The notes under the pieces: generated by a model
The model's database searches: none
What the model saw: the letters and a program-made list of their open reading frames with translations, nothing else
What the model was told of the DNA's origin: nothing
Translations under genes and position numbers: made by a program
Source of the DNA: an uncultured Methylobacter sp.
Lineage (GTDB): Bacteria; Pseudomonadota; Gammaproteobacteria; Methylococcales; Methylomonadaceae
Length of the DNA stretch: 60,387 bases
NCBI GenBank assembly: GCA_964547705.1
Contig: CAZJOY010000001.1
Coordinates: 1 to 60,387 of the forward strand
Direction of reading: 5' to 3'
Part shown: piece by piece, positions 21,042 to 31,280 of the stretch
How positions within the stretch are numbered: the first letter of the stretch is position 1
How the letters are laid out: the number at the start of each line of letters is the position of its first letter

Positions 21042-22208
21042 ATGCAGCTTCTTATGGTCACCCGTGAAACACCGGCGGATAAGCGCTATGGACTGGGTCA
21101 AAGCCTTGCTCCATTAATCGCCGAGTTCAAGTGCCGGGGCATTGACGTGGACTATATATGCCAAGCTGATTTAGGTGTAAAGGCATTGTTATGGCAAAGC
21201 AAATTACAGCGATTAGCCTACAGTTTATTTACCAAACTGAACGTCCAAACCGACTTTGCTACCTTGCTTTATGTTTTGATTGAGCGCTTTAATATGGGTA
21301 GGCTTGCGGCTAAAGCTTGTGCTAACAAACACTATACTCATGTTCATTGCCACGACCCGATTATAGCCGCCGGCTATCGTTTTTTTTCGTTATTTTTATT
21401 CACTTCTACAGCCCGTTGGGGAGTGACCGAACACGGTTTCGGCAGTTACAGCCATGCCATTCATGCTGACGGAGTGCGGTTAGGACCGCGTGTCTTGCCG
21501 CTATTATGTAATTGGGAGGCTCACACATTAACACAGGCGGATTGGGTTATAGTTCCCAGCCATAGCGCTGTTGCGCAGCTGGCTAAAGACCTCGGCTGCC
21601 AATCGACCCCCAATAACTGGCATGTTATTTACCATGCCCGCCCAAATATTAATTGCTATCGCAAGCAAGAAGCCCGCCGACAGCTTAACTGGCACAATGA
21701 GATTTTTTATATATTGAGTGTGGGCCGAGTTGCCCCCGTCAAACAATTTCCGCTATTAATTGAAGCCTGCGCAAAAGCGGCTAACTCCACCTCTATTCAG
21801 TTAGTCATTCTGGGCGAAGGTGACTATGAACCGCTACAAAAGCTTAGCGAGCAATTTAAACTGGAACGGAATATTGCATTTACCCGCACTGATGATGTCG
21901 GCTTGTATTTGAGTGCTGCTGATTTATACGTCAGCACCTCAGCGTCGGAATCGTTCGGCCTTGCCAACCTGGAAGCTATGACTATCGGCGTTCCGATACT
22001 TTGTACGGCGGTCGGCGCAGTCCCGGAAATTGTTGCTACCGGCGGCGTACTTGTTGACTCCAACCTCAATGCCATTGCAGCTGAACTCCAACGCTTAATT
22101 GCTGACAAAATAGCACGACAAACTATTGCCGAACTCGGACAGCAAAGAGCTCAATCGTGGCCTGACATCAAAACCATCGCCGACCAATATGAAAAGGTTT
22201 ATCAATAA
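21042..22208 (+). CDS. Glycosyltransferase family 4
   Basis: SVGRVAPVK and ESFGLANLEAM (EX7E) motifs. Confidence 0.9.
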   Translation: MQLLMVTRETPADKRYGLGQSLAPLIAEFKCRGIDVDYICQADLGVKALLWQSKLQRLAYSLFTKLNVQTDFATLLYVLIERFNMGRLAAKACANKHYTHVHCHDPIIAAGYRFFSLFLFTSTARWGVTEHGFGSYSHAIHADGVRLGPRVLPLLCNWEAHTLTQADWVIVPSHSAVAQLAKDLGCQSTPNNWHVIYHARPNINCYRKQEARRQLNWHNEIFYILSVGRVAPVKQFPLLIEACAKAANSTSIQLVILGEGDYEPLQKLSEQFKLERNIAFTRTDDVGLYLSAADLYVSTSASESFGLANLEAMTIGVPILCTAVGAVPEIVATGGVLVDSNLNAIAAELQRLIADKIARQTIAELGQQRAQSWPDIKTIADQYEKVYQ

Positions 22209-22983
22209 TTTCATCCATAACAACCGGCAGCGCAAAATAGCCGAACTAAAACCGTGTCCATTGCCCAAACCTCTGTTATTAATCAATGGCGGCAAGATAC
22301 TGGTCTTTGCGCCCCATCCCGATGATGAAACCCTGGGTTGCGGCGGCACGCTGGCATTGCTGCGCAAGAACGGCTGCTCGGTCAAAGTCGTTTTTGTGAC
22401 CGATGGTGGCGGTGCCGGCAGCTTACCGGAAGGTTCCATTGCCATCAGGCAACAGGAAGCCAAAGCCGCGTTGGCCGCTTTGGACATTCAAGAATGGCTG
22501 TTCCTGAACGAACCGGACGGCAGCTTCCGGAGCCATCCGAGCTTTGAACGGCAGACACTTGAGATCATGCAACAATTTCAGCCCGACTGGCTGTTCGTGC
22601 CATCGGTGCTTGATTACCATCGCGATCACATTGCGATCGGCGAAACGCTTTATACTCTCTGGCAGCAGCACCATACTGCCGAACGGCTTTTTTTTTATGA
22701 AATTTGGAGCCCAATTCCGGCCACGCATGTTGTAGACATCAGCAGCGTTATCGACCTTAAACAACAGGCTATCCGTCATTACCAACTGCCGTTGGCGCAT
22801 TGCGATTACCTATCCGCCAACCTCGGTCTTTGCCGTTATCGCGGGCTGTATTTGCCGAACCCAACCCGTCAGCAATACGCCGAAGCCTTTGTCGAGGCTG
22901 AAAACAATACCCGCTTAGGCGGTGGTATAATGGCCAGCATGCTGAATATGCGGCTTTATTTGGAAAAGCTCTTATTCAATTAG
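22189..22983 (+). CDS. PIG-L/LmbE family N-deacetylase
   Basis: APHPDDETLGCGG, RxxE and HRDH motifs. ATG at 22189 is preferred over the TTG at 22126. Confidence 0.9.
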   Translation: MKRFINNFIHNNRQRKIAELKPCPLPKPLLLINGGKILVFAPHPDDETLGCGGTLALLRKNGCSVKVVFVTDGGGAGSLPEGSIAIRQQEAKAALAALDIQEWLFLNEPDGSFRSHPSFERQTLEIMQQFQPDWLFVPSVLDYHRDHIAIGETLYTLWQQHHTAERLFFYEIWSPIPATHVVDISSVIDLKQQAIRHYQLPLAHCDYLSANLGLCRYRGLYLPNPTRQQYAEAFVEAENNTRLGGGIMASMLNMRLYLEKLLFN

Positions 22984-23138
22984 GTTTTCTTACAGTAATG
23001 CAGCGGTCTGCGCCCACTAAAAGCAAACACATAATCATCTGTAATCTGTAATCTCAATTCATCTTGCTTATAAATGACCATAAAAACAACAAACACTCAT
23101 GAGGCAAATATCAATTGCCTCTATATTAGTTGTGAAAT

Positions 23139-24143
23139 ATGACACAACCTGAATACATCCAAGAGCAAATCTTCGTCCCCTCTACCGAAACCAATGATTT
23201 GCCATTGGTTTCGGTTATTATACGAAGCATGGACAGGCCTACGTTGCCCGAAGCACTTGATTCCGTCGCCGCCCAAACCTATGCCAATATAGAACTGGTA
23301 GTGATTAATGCAAAAGGGGGACATCATAGCAATCTCGGTCATAGCTGTGGCCGTCTTCCACTTCGTTTAATCAATGATCAGGCCCCCCCCTTAACCCGTA
23401 GTGCTGCCGCAAATACCGGATTGGATGCTGCAAACGGCGTATTCGCCATTTTTCTCGATGACGATGATTTTATTCTACCCTTACATATTGCTAATTTAGT
23501 TGAATCGCTATCCAGCCAATCAAACTTAATCGCCGTATATAGTGCAGTAAACTGTGTCGATGCACAAAATAAGCTGTTGCCTCAGCAATTTGGTAAACCA
23601 TTCGATAAGACTCGCCTGATGTCGGGTAATTTCATACCAATACATTCAGTTTTATTCTATCGTAGCGCTTATATAGAAGGATGTCGGTTCGATGAAGCCC
23701 TGCAATTATTTGAAGATTGGGATTTCTGGCTGCAATTGGCTGAGCTAGGGGATTTTCGTTTTTTACCTACTTTTACAGCCTATTACCGCATCTCCCTATC
23801 AGGTGGCTTTGGCGTAAGCGGAGGCAATGAAGATGATGCCTTACGGGCTACTCGAACTTTGGTCGCCAAGTGGCAACTACGCTGGTCACCCGAAGCGCTC
23901 TATGAATTGATGGAAGCCAATCGACGCAATTTGATCGCTTTAGAGAACTTAAATTCAACTAGTGAAGCAGCCAAAGATCTAGAAAAACGCATCGAACATC
24001 TTGAATCTGTTAACCAACAGCTTCAACAAGAGCTTTACTCTTTAAATTTTCAATTAAAAGCTGTGCTTGGGTCCAAGAGCTGGCGCTTTACTCATTTTTT
24101 TCGTTATTTTGTCAGCACTTGCCGTAAATTGGCAAAAAGATAA
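23139..24143 (+). CDS. Glycosyltransferase family 2 with C-terminal coiled coil
   Basis: VSVIIRS, FLDDDD and EDWDFW; heptad tail ending SKSWRFT. Confidence 0.9.
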   Translation: MTQPEYIQEQIFVPSTETNDLPLVSVIIRSMDRPTLPEALDSVAAQTYANIELVVINAKGGHHSNLGHSCGRLPLRLINDQAPPLTRSAAANTGLDAANGVFAIFLDDDDFILPLHIANLVESLSSQSNLIAVYSAVNCVDAQNKLLPQQFGKPFDKTRLMSGNFIPIHSVLFYRSAYIEGCRFDEALQLFEDWDFWLQLAELGDFRFLPTFTAYYRISLSGGFGVSGGNEDDALRATRTLVAKWQLRWSPEALYELMEANRRNLIALENLNSTSEAAKDLEKRIEHLESVNQQLQQELYSLNFQLKAVLGSKSWRFTHFFRYFVSTCRKLAKR

Positions 24144-24353
24144 TTCTGAAGCAAAGATACGGGTGAAACGCTTAATCAAACAGCTCTCAATGCCCTGGGA
24201 GCGAAGATGAGTTACTTGGAAACAAATGTCGAACACAGTACAATTGCGTAATCTTAGGCCGTTGAAAACAGAACGCCGAGAATTAGCTAAACTCAGGATA
24301 CGAAGTAAAATACTACCTTGAGTATGAAGTAGACTGAACTAAGGTAATAGAAC

Positions 24354-24387
24354 AGCTAAAGTATTTTAAAATTCAAATACTTTAGCT
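24354..24387. other. Perfect 13-bp AT-rich inverted repeat (operator or terminator-like)
   Basis: agctaaagtattt - 8 nt - aaatactttagct in a ~350-bp intergenic gap. Confidence 0.5.
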
Positions 24388-24493
24388 TTATTACTTAAAA
24401 TATCAGGCCTTGAATTCTTAATATTTTGCTACATCATTTTTTATTATTTTAATCTTGCAATCGCCCTTTTTCTTGTTTAGAAACGACTAAATA

Positions 24494-25795
24494 ATGTCTC
24501 CCCTATTTTCTGTAGTTATGCCGCTCTATAACCACGAGCGTTTCGTTGCTGAAGCAATTAGTTCTGTATTGCAACAAAGCATGCAAGATTTCGAGTTGAT
24601 CATTATTGATGATGGCTCAAACGATAATTCTGCTAGAGTCGTTTCCCAATTCAATGACTCTAGGATTTCTTATCATTATCAAGAAAACCAAGGCGCCCAC
24701 GTTGCTTTGAATAATGGTTGTGGTAGAGCGCGAGGAACGTACATAGCCATTTTGAATTCTGATGATGTCTTTCATCCAGATAGATTGCAAAATGCATTAA
24801 ATGTTTTTAATACGGATGAAAAAATCGGCGCTTATTTTTCCGGTTATGACTTCATTGATGAATCATCGAACCTTACCCGTTACTCTACCGATATACTTGG
24901 TGCATTCCAACCTCTTCCATCATCAGTATCCGAAGGCAACGCCAAACCTTTGTCCAGCTCTGATAAATGGATACTTTTACTTTTTTCGGGCAACTTATTT
25001 CACACAACATCTAATCTCATTTTGCGCCACAAAATATTTGATCTTATCGGTCCGTTTAAAAATTGGCGCTATGTGCATGACTATGATTTTTTCCTGCGTG
25101 TGTGCCTGAAAACACCGATTTTTTTCGATGAACACTCTTTTTTGCAATACCGTTTTCACGGACATAACACCCTGGCAGAAAACTCAACACGTTCGGTATT
25201 TGAAACCATGATAGTTATTGCTGAATTCTTGAGCGAATGGCAGCCTGCCACTTCGGAATCGGTAACACAAAATGAACTGATCGGGCTATTTCTACATTTT
25301 TTCGAAAAAATGCGTCTTTATGGTGGAGACCGTTTCTTACTCTCCCTTATTCTTACTCAGCTTCTATTCCGTGGACATAAAAATACTAAAACTCAATTTC
25401 TTAACACTATCGCAACCGAACCCGGAGTATATCAATCCATTAAATCTGCCTTGGCTGAATCGATTAATCAAGACTCTCTCAGCGAAAACCTAACTTGGCA
25501 AAAAAAAGAAACTGATAGCTTATGGCTGGAGAATCAACAGCTAAAAACTGATCTTGCCTGGCAAAAAGGCGAGACTGATCGATGGTGGCAACAAGCCCAA
25601 CAACTAAAAACCGGGCTTACTTGGCAAAAAGACGAAACCGAAAAATGGTGGCAACAAGCCCAACAATTAAAAACCGACCTCGCTTGGCAAAAGGACGAAA
25701 CTGACCGATGGTGGCAGCAAACGCAACAACTGAAAGCCAGCAGCTTAACTAATATCTGGCAAAAAGCAAAAGAAATATTAAAACAAATATCTTGA
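24494..25795 (+). CDS. Glycosyltransferase family 2 with C-terminal 21-aa tandem repeats
   Basis: SVVMPLYN, IIDDGS, LNSDD and HDYDF; tail of LKTDLAWQKxETDRWWQQAQQ repeats. Confidence 0.9.
   Translation: MSPLFSVVMPLYNHERFVAEAISSVLQQSMQDFELIIIDDGSNDNSARVVSQFNDSRISYHYQENQGAHVALNNGCGRARGTYIAILNSDDVFHPDRLQNALNVFNTDEKIGAYFSGYDFIDESSNLTRYSTDILGAFQPLPSSVSEGNAKPLSSSDKWILLLFSGNLFHTTSNLILRHKIFDLIGPFKNWRYVHDYDFFLRVCLKTPIFFDEHSFLQYRFHGHNTLAENSTRSVFETMIVIAEFLSEWQPATSESVTQNELIGLFLHFFEKMRLYGGDRFLLSLILTQLLFRGHKNTKTQFLNTIATEPGVYQSIKSALAESINQDSLSENLTWQKKETDSLWLENQQLKTDLAWQKGETDRWWQQAQQLKTGLTWQKDETEKWWQQAQQLKTDLAWQKDETDRWWQQTQQLKASSLTNIWQKAKEILKQIS
25478..25729 (+). repeat. Four 63-bp intragenic tandem repeats
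   Basis: Units start at 25478, 25541, 25604 and 25667; the first is the most diverged. Confidence 0.9.
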
Positions 25796-25886
25796 ATGCA
25801 ATTAAACGGAGCGCTTAATTCAAACGACTTACTTATAGCCAAAGTTTTCAGAAACTCAATTATTAATAATCTACAGGACTAACAAA

Positions 25887-26795
25887 ATGCACCACAAACG
25901 CATTGCGATCATTACCCGCACCAAAAATCGTAATGTTTTATTACGCCGGGCTATTGAAAGTGTTTTAAGTCAAACTTATTCGGACTGGCTGCATGTAATC
26001 GTTAATGATGGGGGAGGGCCTGCGTCAGTTGACGAATTAGTCCATTCATATACAGACCGCTATCAGGGACGCTTCAAGGTTATACATAACCTCCAGTCAT
26101 TAGGGATGGAAGCCGCATCTAATATCGGTATTCGTTCCTCGTCGAGCGAGTTTATTGTTATCCATGATGATGACGATTCATGGCATCCTACTTTTCTTGA
26201 GCGTGCAATTACTTTTCTAGACAGCCCACAACCCAAGCTTAATACGCCTATCGCTGGCGTAGTAGCTTACTCTACCCGGATTCTTGAAGAATTTGACGGT
26301 AACGAAGTAAAAATTGTAGCCAGCGAACCTTTCAATACCTGGATGACCAGCATATCACTATACCGTCTTGCCTCATCGAACGTATTCCCCCCAATTTCTT
26401 TTGTTTTTGCTCGCTCGGCTACGGAGAGCGTTGGACTTTTCCGGGAAGACTTACCGGTATTAGGCGACTGGGACTTCCATCTTCGCTTCGCCGCGCGTTA
26501 TGAAATAGGGCTGATTAAAGAAGAGCTAGCTAATTATCACCATCGGGTTTCAATACAATCCGGCGATTACGGCAACTCCGTATTCGCCGGTAACGATAAA
26601 CACAGGCACTATGAACAACTGTTACGTAACGAATTGCTACGAAATGACTTGCAAGAAGGCAAAATGGGCCTCGGTTTCCTAGTTAATATTTCTAACAGTT
26701 TTGAAATTGTTCACCAGCAACTTTCCGTTTTTTCAAGCATTAAACAGCGATTAAGAAATATGCGGTTGTTACGTTGGCTTTACCGGAAATTATAA
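25887..26795 (+). CDS. Glycosyltransferase family 2
   Basis: IITRTKNR, IVNDGG, IHDDDD and GDWDF. Confidence 0.9.
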   Translation: MHHKRIAIITRTKNRNVLLRRAIESVLSQTYSDWLHVIVNDGGGPASVDELVHSYTDRYQGRFKVIHNLQSLGMEAASNIGIRSSSSEFIVIHDDDDSWHPTFLERAITFLDSPQPKLNTPIAGVVAYSTRILEEFDGNEVKIVASEPFNTWMTSISLYRLASSNVFPPISFVFARSATESVGLFREDLPVLGDWDFHLRFAARYEIGLIKEELANYHHRVSIQSGDYGNSVFAGNDKHRHYEQLLRNELLRNDLQEGKMGLGFLVNISNSFEIVHQQLSVFSSIKQRLRNMRLLRWLYRKL

Positions 26796-26798
26796 GGT

Positions 26799-28823
26799 TT
26801 GTTTATGAACGACCACGCTCCGCCAGAATGTTTACCTCTCCCGCTGACTGTTGCTATCCGCAACGCAGAGCTCATTACTTTTGACATTTTTGATACCGCG
26901 CTGATTAGAGCTACTGAAAAGCCCGTCGATATTTTTGCACTTTTAGCGCACGAAGCAGGCATTGAAAACACAAGAGCATTTGCTTACGCCCGGATTCAAG
27001 CAGAAGCATTGGCTCGTCATTTGGCTTGGGAGAACAGACGTGCAGTTGAAGTCACTTTACCCGAAATTTATGATTGTTTTACAGAGCTTTCACAGTTTAG
27101 CAAAGCTCCTGTATGCGATTTTATCGAGCAAGAACGTGCTTTAGAACTTCGCCTTTGCAAACCTCATCCGGTCATTTCCTATGCTTTTGATTGGGCTTTG
27201 CAGCTAGATAAAAAAGTTGGATTTATTTCTGATATGTATCTGGACGCACAAATTATTGAACAAATGCTAATCAAGTGCGGCTATAAGAAGTTCGATTTCT
27301 TGCTGGTCTCTTCTGAAGCAGGAACTACAAAAGCAACCGGAGGTCTGTATAAACTCATTCAAAAACAACTGAATACTTCGCCATCTCAGCATCTACATAT
27401 TGGCGACAATATGGCTTCAGATATTCTACAAGCGCAAGCGGCTGGTCTAAAAACCTTTCATGTGACCAAGATTGCCGATCGCCTGCCCCACTCTCCAATC
27501 GGCAAACGCTTTACCCGAAAAAAAATTACTTCTGTAGATTTTTCTCTCTCCGGGCCTTCAATTAATGAAAGCAAGGATGACAGTAGTATTTGGAAATCGA
27601 TATGGCGCGGATTAATTGCAACCCACCAAACCAAAGCTAACAGCGATTTCTGGTACAACCTTGGCTATACGCATGTAGGGATTCTTTTACTTGGTTTTGC
27701 GCTTTGGCTGAATGATAAAGCGCGTCAGGAAAATGTAACGCAGCTTTATTTTCTTGCTCGCGATGGGCATATTATGCTGCCTATTCATCAAATGTTACAG
27801 GACCACGGTCTAGCTCATTGCCCAGGCCGTTATCTCTATGCATCTCGACGAGCATTAAATATCCCGGCTTTAACTGAGATCAATGAGCAAGCTTGTGATT
27901 TTCTCGTTAGTGGAGTCACTCGCATGTCTGTCGGAGCTTTTCTTTCCCGTGCCGGACTGTTGCCTTCCGAATCACTACCTATGATTTTAGCAGCAGGTTT
28001 TTCAGGCCCGGATCAAATGGTTCTTTCCGGCGAAGATTATGGCCGCCTGCGAGCTGTTTTTCGTATGCTAGCCCCCGTCTTGCTTCAGCAAGCGGGCAAC
28101 GAACGTGAGCTTCTGTTTGAATATCTACAACAGGAAAAAGTCTTTGAGCAACCTCACATTGGCCTGGTCGATATCGGATGGCATGGCACGCTGCAGGAAT
28201 CATTCTGTAATCTTCTTTCTTTATGGAATAAAAAAAATACCGTAACAGGTTTTTATCTCGGCACATTTGCTGCTGTTAAACAGCGGATAGAGGCTGGTGC
28301 CCGACAACACGCTTATTTATGTGAAGCCGGCGAGCCACACCGTCAACTGATGGCCATCAAATCATCAGTTGAAGTGTTCGAATGGATATTCTGCGCCCCT
28401 CACGGCAGTACGCAAGGATTTAAGCGCACCCCTGGCGGAATCGAACCTATACTTGAATCAGGTGAATGGGAAAAAATCAGGCAGGTCACAGCTACAAAAA
28501 TGCAGTCAGGTGCTTTACAGTTCGTCCGTGACGCTTTGGCCTGCTTTGCGTATGGTAATCCCCCACCCCCGGTCTCAGCGGATCTGGCGATTAGTCTTCT
28601 CGAAGATTTGTTAAACAAGCCCATGGCCCATGAAGCAACGCTTCTTGGCAATCTTCCACATGCCGAGGGATTTGGTGACGTTATAAATATAATCCCTATT
28701 GCTCGCCCCGAATCTAAGCTCTATAACATATTCGGCTGGCACGAATTAATTAATGGTTATCGAAGAACATTCTGGCGAACCGGCTATAAACGGAGACTAT
28801 GGCCGGATTGCTGGTTTCAATAA
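26799..28823 (+). CDS. HAD-superfamily hydrolase typical of polysaccharide clusters
   Basis: FDIFDT, ISDMYL and HIGDN..SD; C-terminal FLARDG and LVDIGWHGT. The start could be the ATG at 26805. Confidence 0.82.
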   Translation: MFMNDHAPPECLPLPLTVAIRNAELITFDIFDTALIRATEKPVDIFALLAHEAGIENTRAFAYARIQAEALARHLAWENRRAVEVTLPEIYDCFTELSQFSKAPVCDFIEQERALELRLCKPHPVISYAFDWALQLDKKVGFISDMYLDAQIIEQMLIKCGYKKFDFLLVSSEAGTTKATGGLYKLIQKQLNTSPSQHLHIGDNMASDILQAQAAGLKTFHVTKIADRLPHSPIGKRFTRKKITSVDFSLSGPSINESKDDSSIWKSIWRGLIATHQTKANSDFWYNLGYTHVGILLLGFALWLNDKARQENVTQLYFLARDGHIMLPIHQMLQDHGLAHCPGRYLYASRRALNIPALTEINEQACDFLVSGVTRMSVGAFLSRAGLLPSESLPMILAAGFSGPDQMVLSGEDYGRLRAVFRMLAPVLLQQAGNERELLFEYLQQEKVFEQPHIGLVDIGWHGTLQESFCNLLSLWNKKNTVTGFYLGTFAAVKQRIEAGARQHAYLCEAGEPHRQLMAIKSSVEVFEWIFCAPHGSTQGFKRTPGGIEPILESGEWEKIRQVTATKMQSGALQFVRDALACFAYGNPPPPVSADLAISLLEDLLNKPMAHEATLLGNLPHAEGFGDVINIIPIARPESKLYNIFGWHELINGYRRTFWRTGYKRRLWPDCWFQ

Positions 28824-28852
28824 CAATAAAAATTTACTTTTTGAGATAAATC

Positions 28853-31078
28853 ATGAATAAGCAAACGGTATTAACACAACTCATATTTCTGCTGTTATTT
28901 TTTCTATTAGCGTTTCCTTTATTCTCTATTGCCCAAGCAGCAGATGCAAATTCATCGTTAGCTATTACCAGTTCACTTAATGCCAACGTAAATGCTGGCG
29001 TTTATTTCCAGGAATCCACGCCAGCCTATACGATAAAAACTAATGGTTTAGCTCCCTGGTTTGAAGCAAATAACCTACCCTCTGGATTTTTTATCAATCG
29101 GGTTACCGGCTCAATTTACGGTGGCACTGATGTGCCGGGTAGCTATTCAATCCCTATTTCTGTTACCTCTGGCTTTAAAACTGTTACTGCTTTGTTAAAT
29201 TTCACTATTCAAGACATTGAAGAAAGAAAATTTACAGTGACTAATCTGTCTTCAAATGCCAATGAAGTTGGTTCATTACCTTGGGCCATTAAACAAGCAA
29301 ACCAATCAATTATTCCTGCGCGTATTAACTTCAACATCAATTCATCACATGGACAACCGCCTTATCGTATCCAACTGACTGATCGCCTCTGGATAAATGA
29401 ACAACTGACTATCGACGGCACTTCACAGCAGGGTTACACTGGCTCGCCCTTAATTCAGATTGATGTTAATGGGTACGAGAACGCATTTACCGTGCTTGGA
29501 CCCGATCAATGGCATCATGGTGGTAACGGATCGGTTTTTACAGGCTTACAAATTTTTAATTTCAAAGCAAATGCCATAGCCACTCAGCCTGGGGCAAACA
29601 AAATCACTATTAAGAATAACTATATTGGTTTTTACTGGGATTCCGCTAAAAACCGGTGGTGGCGTAATTTCGAAGCAACATTGTCTGAAAATCAAATTCA
29701 GAATGATTCAACACCCATTTACAATGGATATACGCAGGCTATTGGGATAGGTATCCAATCAAGCGATAATCTTATTACAGGAAACGTTATATCCGGGGTA
29801 CATAACGGTATCGGGATTGGCTATGATTTTTCCCTTACTTATGATTTATCTAAAACATGGGGGCCAGCTTGCTGGAATAATGTCATCGATAATAATTTTA
29901 TTGGCACTACTCCTGATGGATCCCAAGTACTTACTAATACATCGGGAGCTACGTTATATATTCCTAGTATAAACGGGCTAGCAGCTAATCCGTTCGGCTC
30001 GCCGAATACCTGGAAATATTTTGGAAACAATTCTGACGGTATTTATTTAGCAGCCTTAGCCAAAGGAACAATTATTTCGAATAATGTTTCATCTGGAAAT
30101 TTCTCAGCTGGCGTTGAACTACTTCATGAAAGTGTCGAGCGTAACCAGATATACGGAAATCGGCTTGGCTTGGATGTTTCAGGAGAATATATACTGCCTA
30201 ATGGTGAACTTGGCATAATTCTGTCCAATGGCGCTCATAACAATGTTGTGGGTGGAAGTGGCGGGCCGAATTTAATTTCAGGAAACTATTTTGCCGGGGT
30301 TGAACTGGGAGGTGAGAATTCTTACCGAAAATCAAGTTACAACACGATACAAGGCAACCTTATTGGCTGCAATTCAACCTGTACAAAAACATTTGAAAGG
30401 CAATCTGTCGGAATCCACATCGGAACTAGCGAATCGTTTCTAAATGTGCTCGCTGAAAATACGATAGTCGGTAATGGCTGGGGTATATATGTGGATCATG
30501 CAAATGCTAATATCATTAGTGATAATTATATAGGGGCTTCACGTACAGGATTAGCATTGGGTAATAGCAAATCTGGTATTGTTATTGATCATGGTGAATG
30601 GAACATAACATTTTTAAACCATATTGAAAACAATGGTTATGGTATCTTTGATCACGACGACTGGTTCTTTGGGTTATGGGATTTTAACGGAAACAACAAC
30701 AATCACTACGATAATTACATACTTAAAAATAGAACTGCCACCAATAAATACCAAGGTAATTTACCGTCAAGCGCAGTAACTTACCCTACTCAGGATTTTT
30801 TTACTGCATGCATCAATCTTAATGGAGTTTACTACTCTGGATATTTTACAAAGCTTGGTTTTGAGCAAGCCACTTCAGGAACTCAATGGAAGTTAAATCA
30901 ACAATCGATATCTGTATTACCTCCTGATCACATACCGAACACATGCTTGCAATTTACTCCTGAGTTTGGAATCGAATCAAGCAATGCATTTTCGCTATCA
31001 AATGAACTCCAAAGTATAAATTTTAAATTCATACAACAAGACGTTGACCCATATGGCCTTTATTGGCAGCAGCGTTAA
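28853..31078 (+). CDS. Secreted protein with Ig-like (He_PIG-type) domain and right-handed parallel beta-helix repeats
   Basis: Sec signal ending AQA; NLPSGFFIN..TGSIYG; GSLPWAI..AN; repeated N.I.GN.IG and NLISGN motifs. Asn/Gly/Ile-rich protein, AT-rich DNA. Confidence 0.75.
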   Translation: MNKQTVLTQLIFLLLFFLLAFPLFSIAQAADANSSLAITSSLNANVNAGVYFQESTPAYTIKTNGLAPWFEANNLPSGFFINRVTGSIYGGTDVPGSYSIPISVTSGFKTVTALLNFTIQDIEERKFTVTNLSSNANEVGSLPWAIKQANQSIIPARINFNINSSHGQPPYRIQLTDRLWINEQLTIDGTSQQGYTGSPLIQIDVNGYENAFTVLGPDQWHHGGNGSVFTGLQIFNFKANAIATQPGANKITIKNNYIGFYWDSAKNRWWRNFEATLSENQIQNDSTPIYNGYTQAIGIGIQSSDNLITGNVISGVHNGIGIGYDFSLTYDLSKTWGPACWNNVIDNNFIGTTPDGSQVLTNTSGATLYIPSINGLAANPFGSPNTWKYFGNNSDGIYLAALAKGTIISNNVSSGNFSAGVELLHESVERNQIYGNRLGLDVSGEYILPNGELGIILSNGAHNNVVGGSGGPNLISGNYFAGVELGGENSYRKSSYNTIQGNLIGCNSTCTKTFERQSVGIHIGTSESFLNVLAENTIVGNGWGIYVDHANANIISDNYIGASRTGLALGNSKSGIVIDHGEWNITFLNHIENNGYGIFDHDDWFFGLWDFNGNNNNHYDNYILKNRTATNKYQGNLPSSAVTYPTQDFFTACINLNGVYYSGYFTKLGFEQATSGTQWKLNQQSISVLPPDHIPNTCLQFTPEFGIESSNAFSLSNELQSINFKFIQQDVDPYGLYWQQR

Positions 31079-31280
31079 TTACCATAAGATACTATTCTTT
31101 TTTAATTTATAAGAGTTACTTTTAACTAAAACTTCGGAGCCCATATTTAATAATGGGCATACGCTTTTTCATACATAACCAATATTCTATTGATTTATAA
31201 AAATGACTTACTGAAAACATGAGCTCCCAAAATTTAGTTATTACAAGATTTCTCGTATATGTTTTTTTGGGAAATAGGAC

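Noticed and set aside
25478..25729. 63-bp periodicity as a CRISPR array
   Set aside because: Units are contiguous and in frame with no unique spacers, and there are no cas genes.
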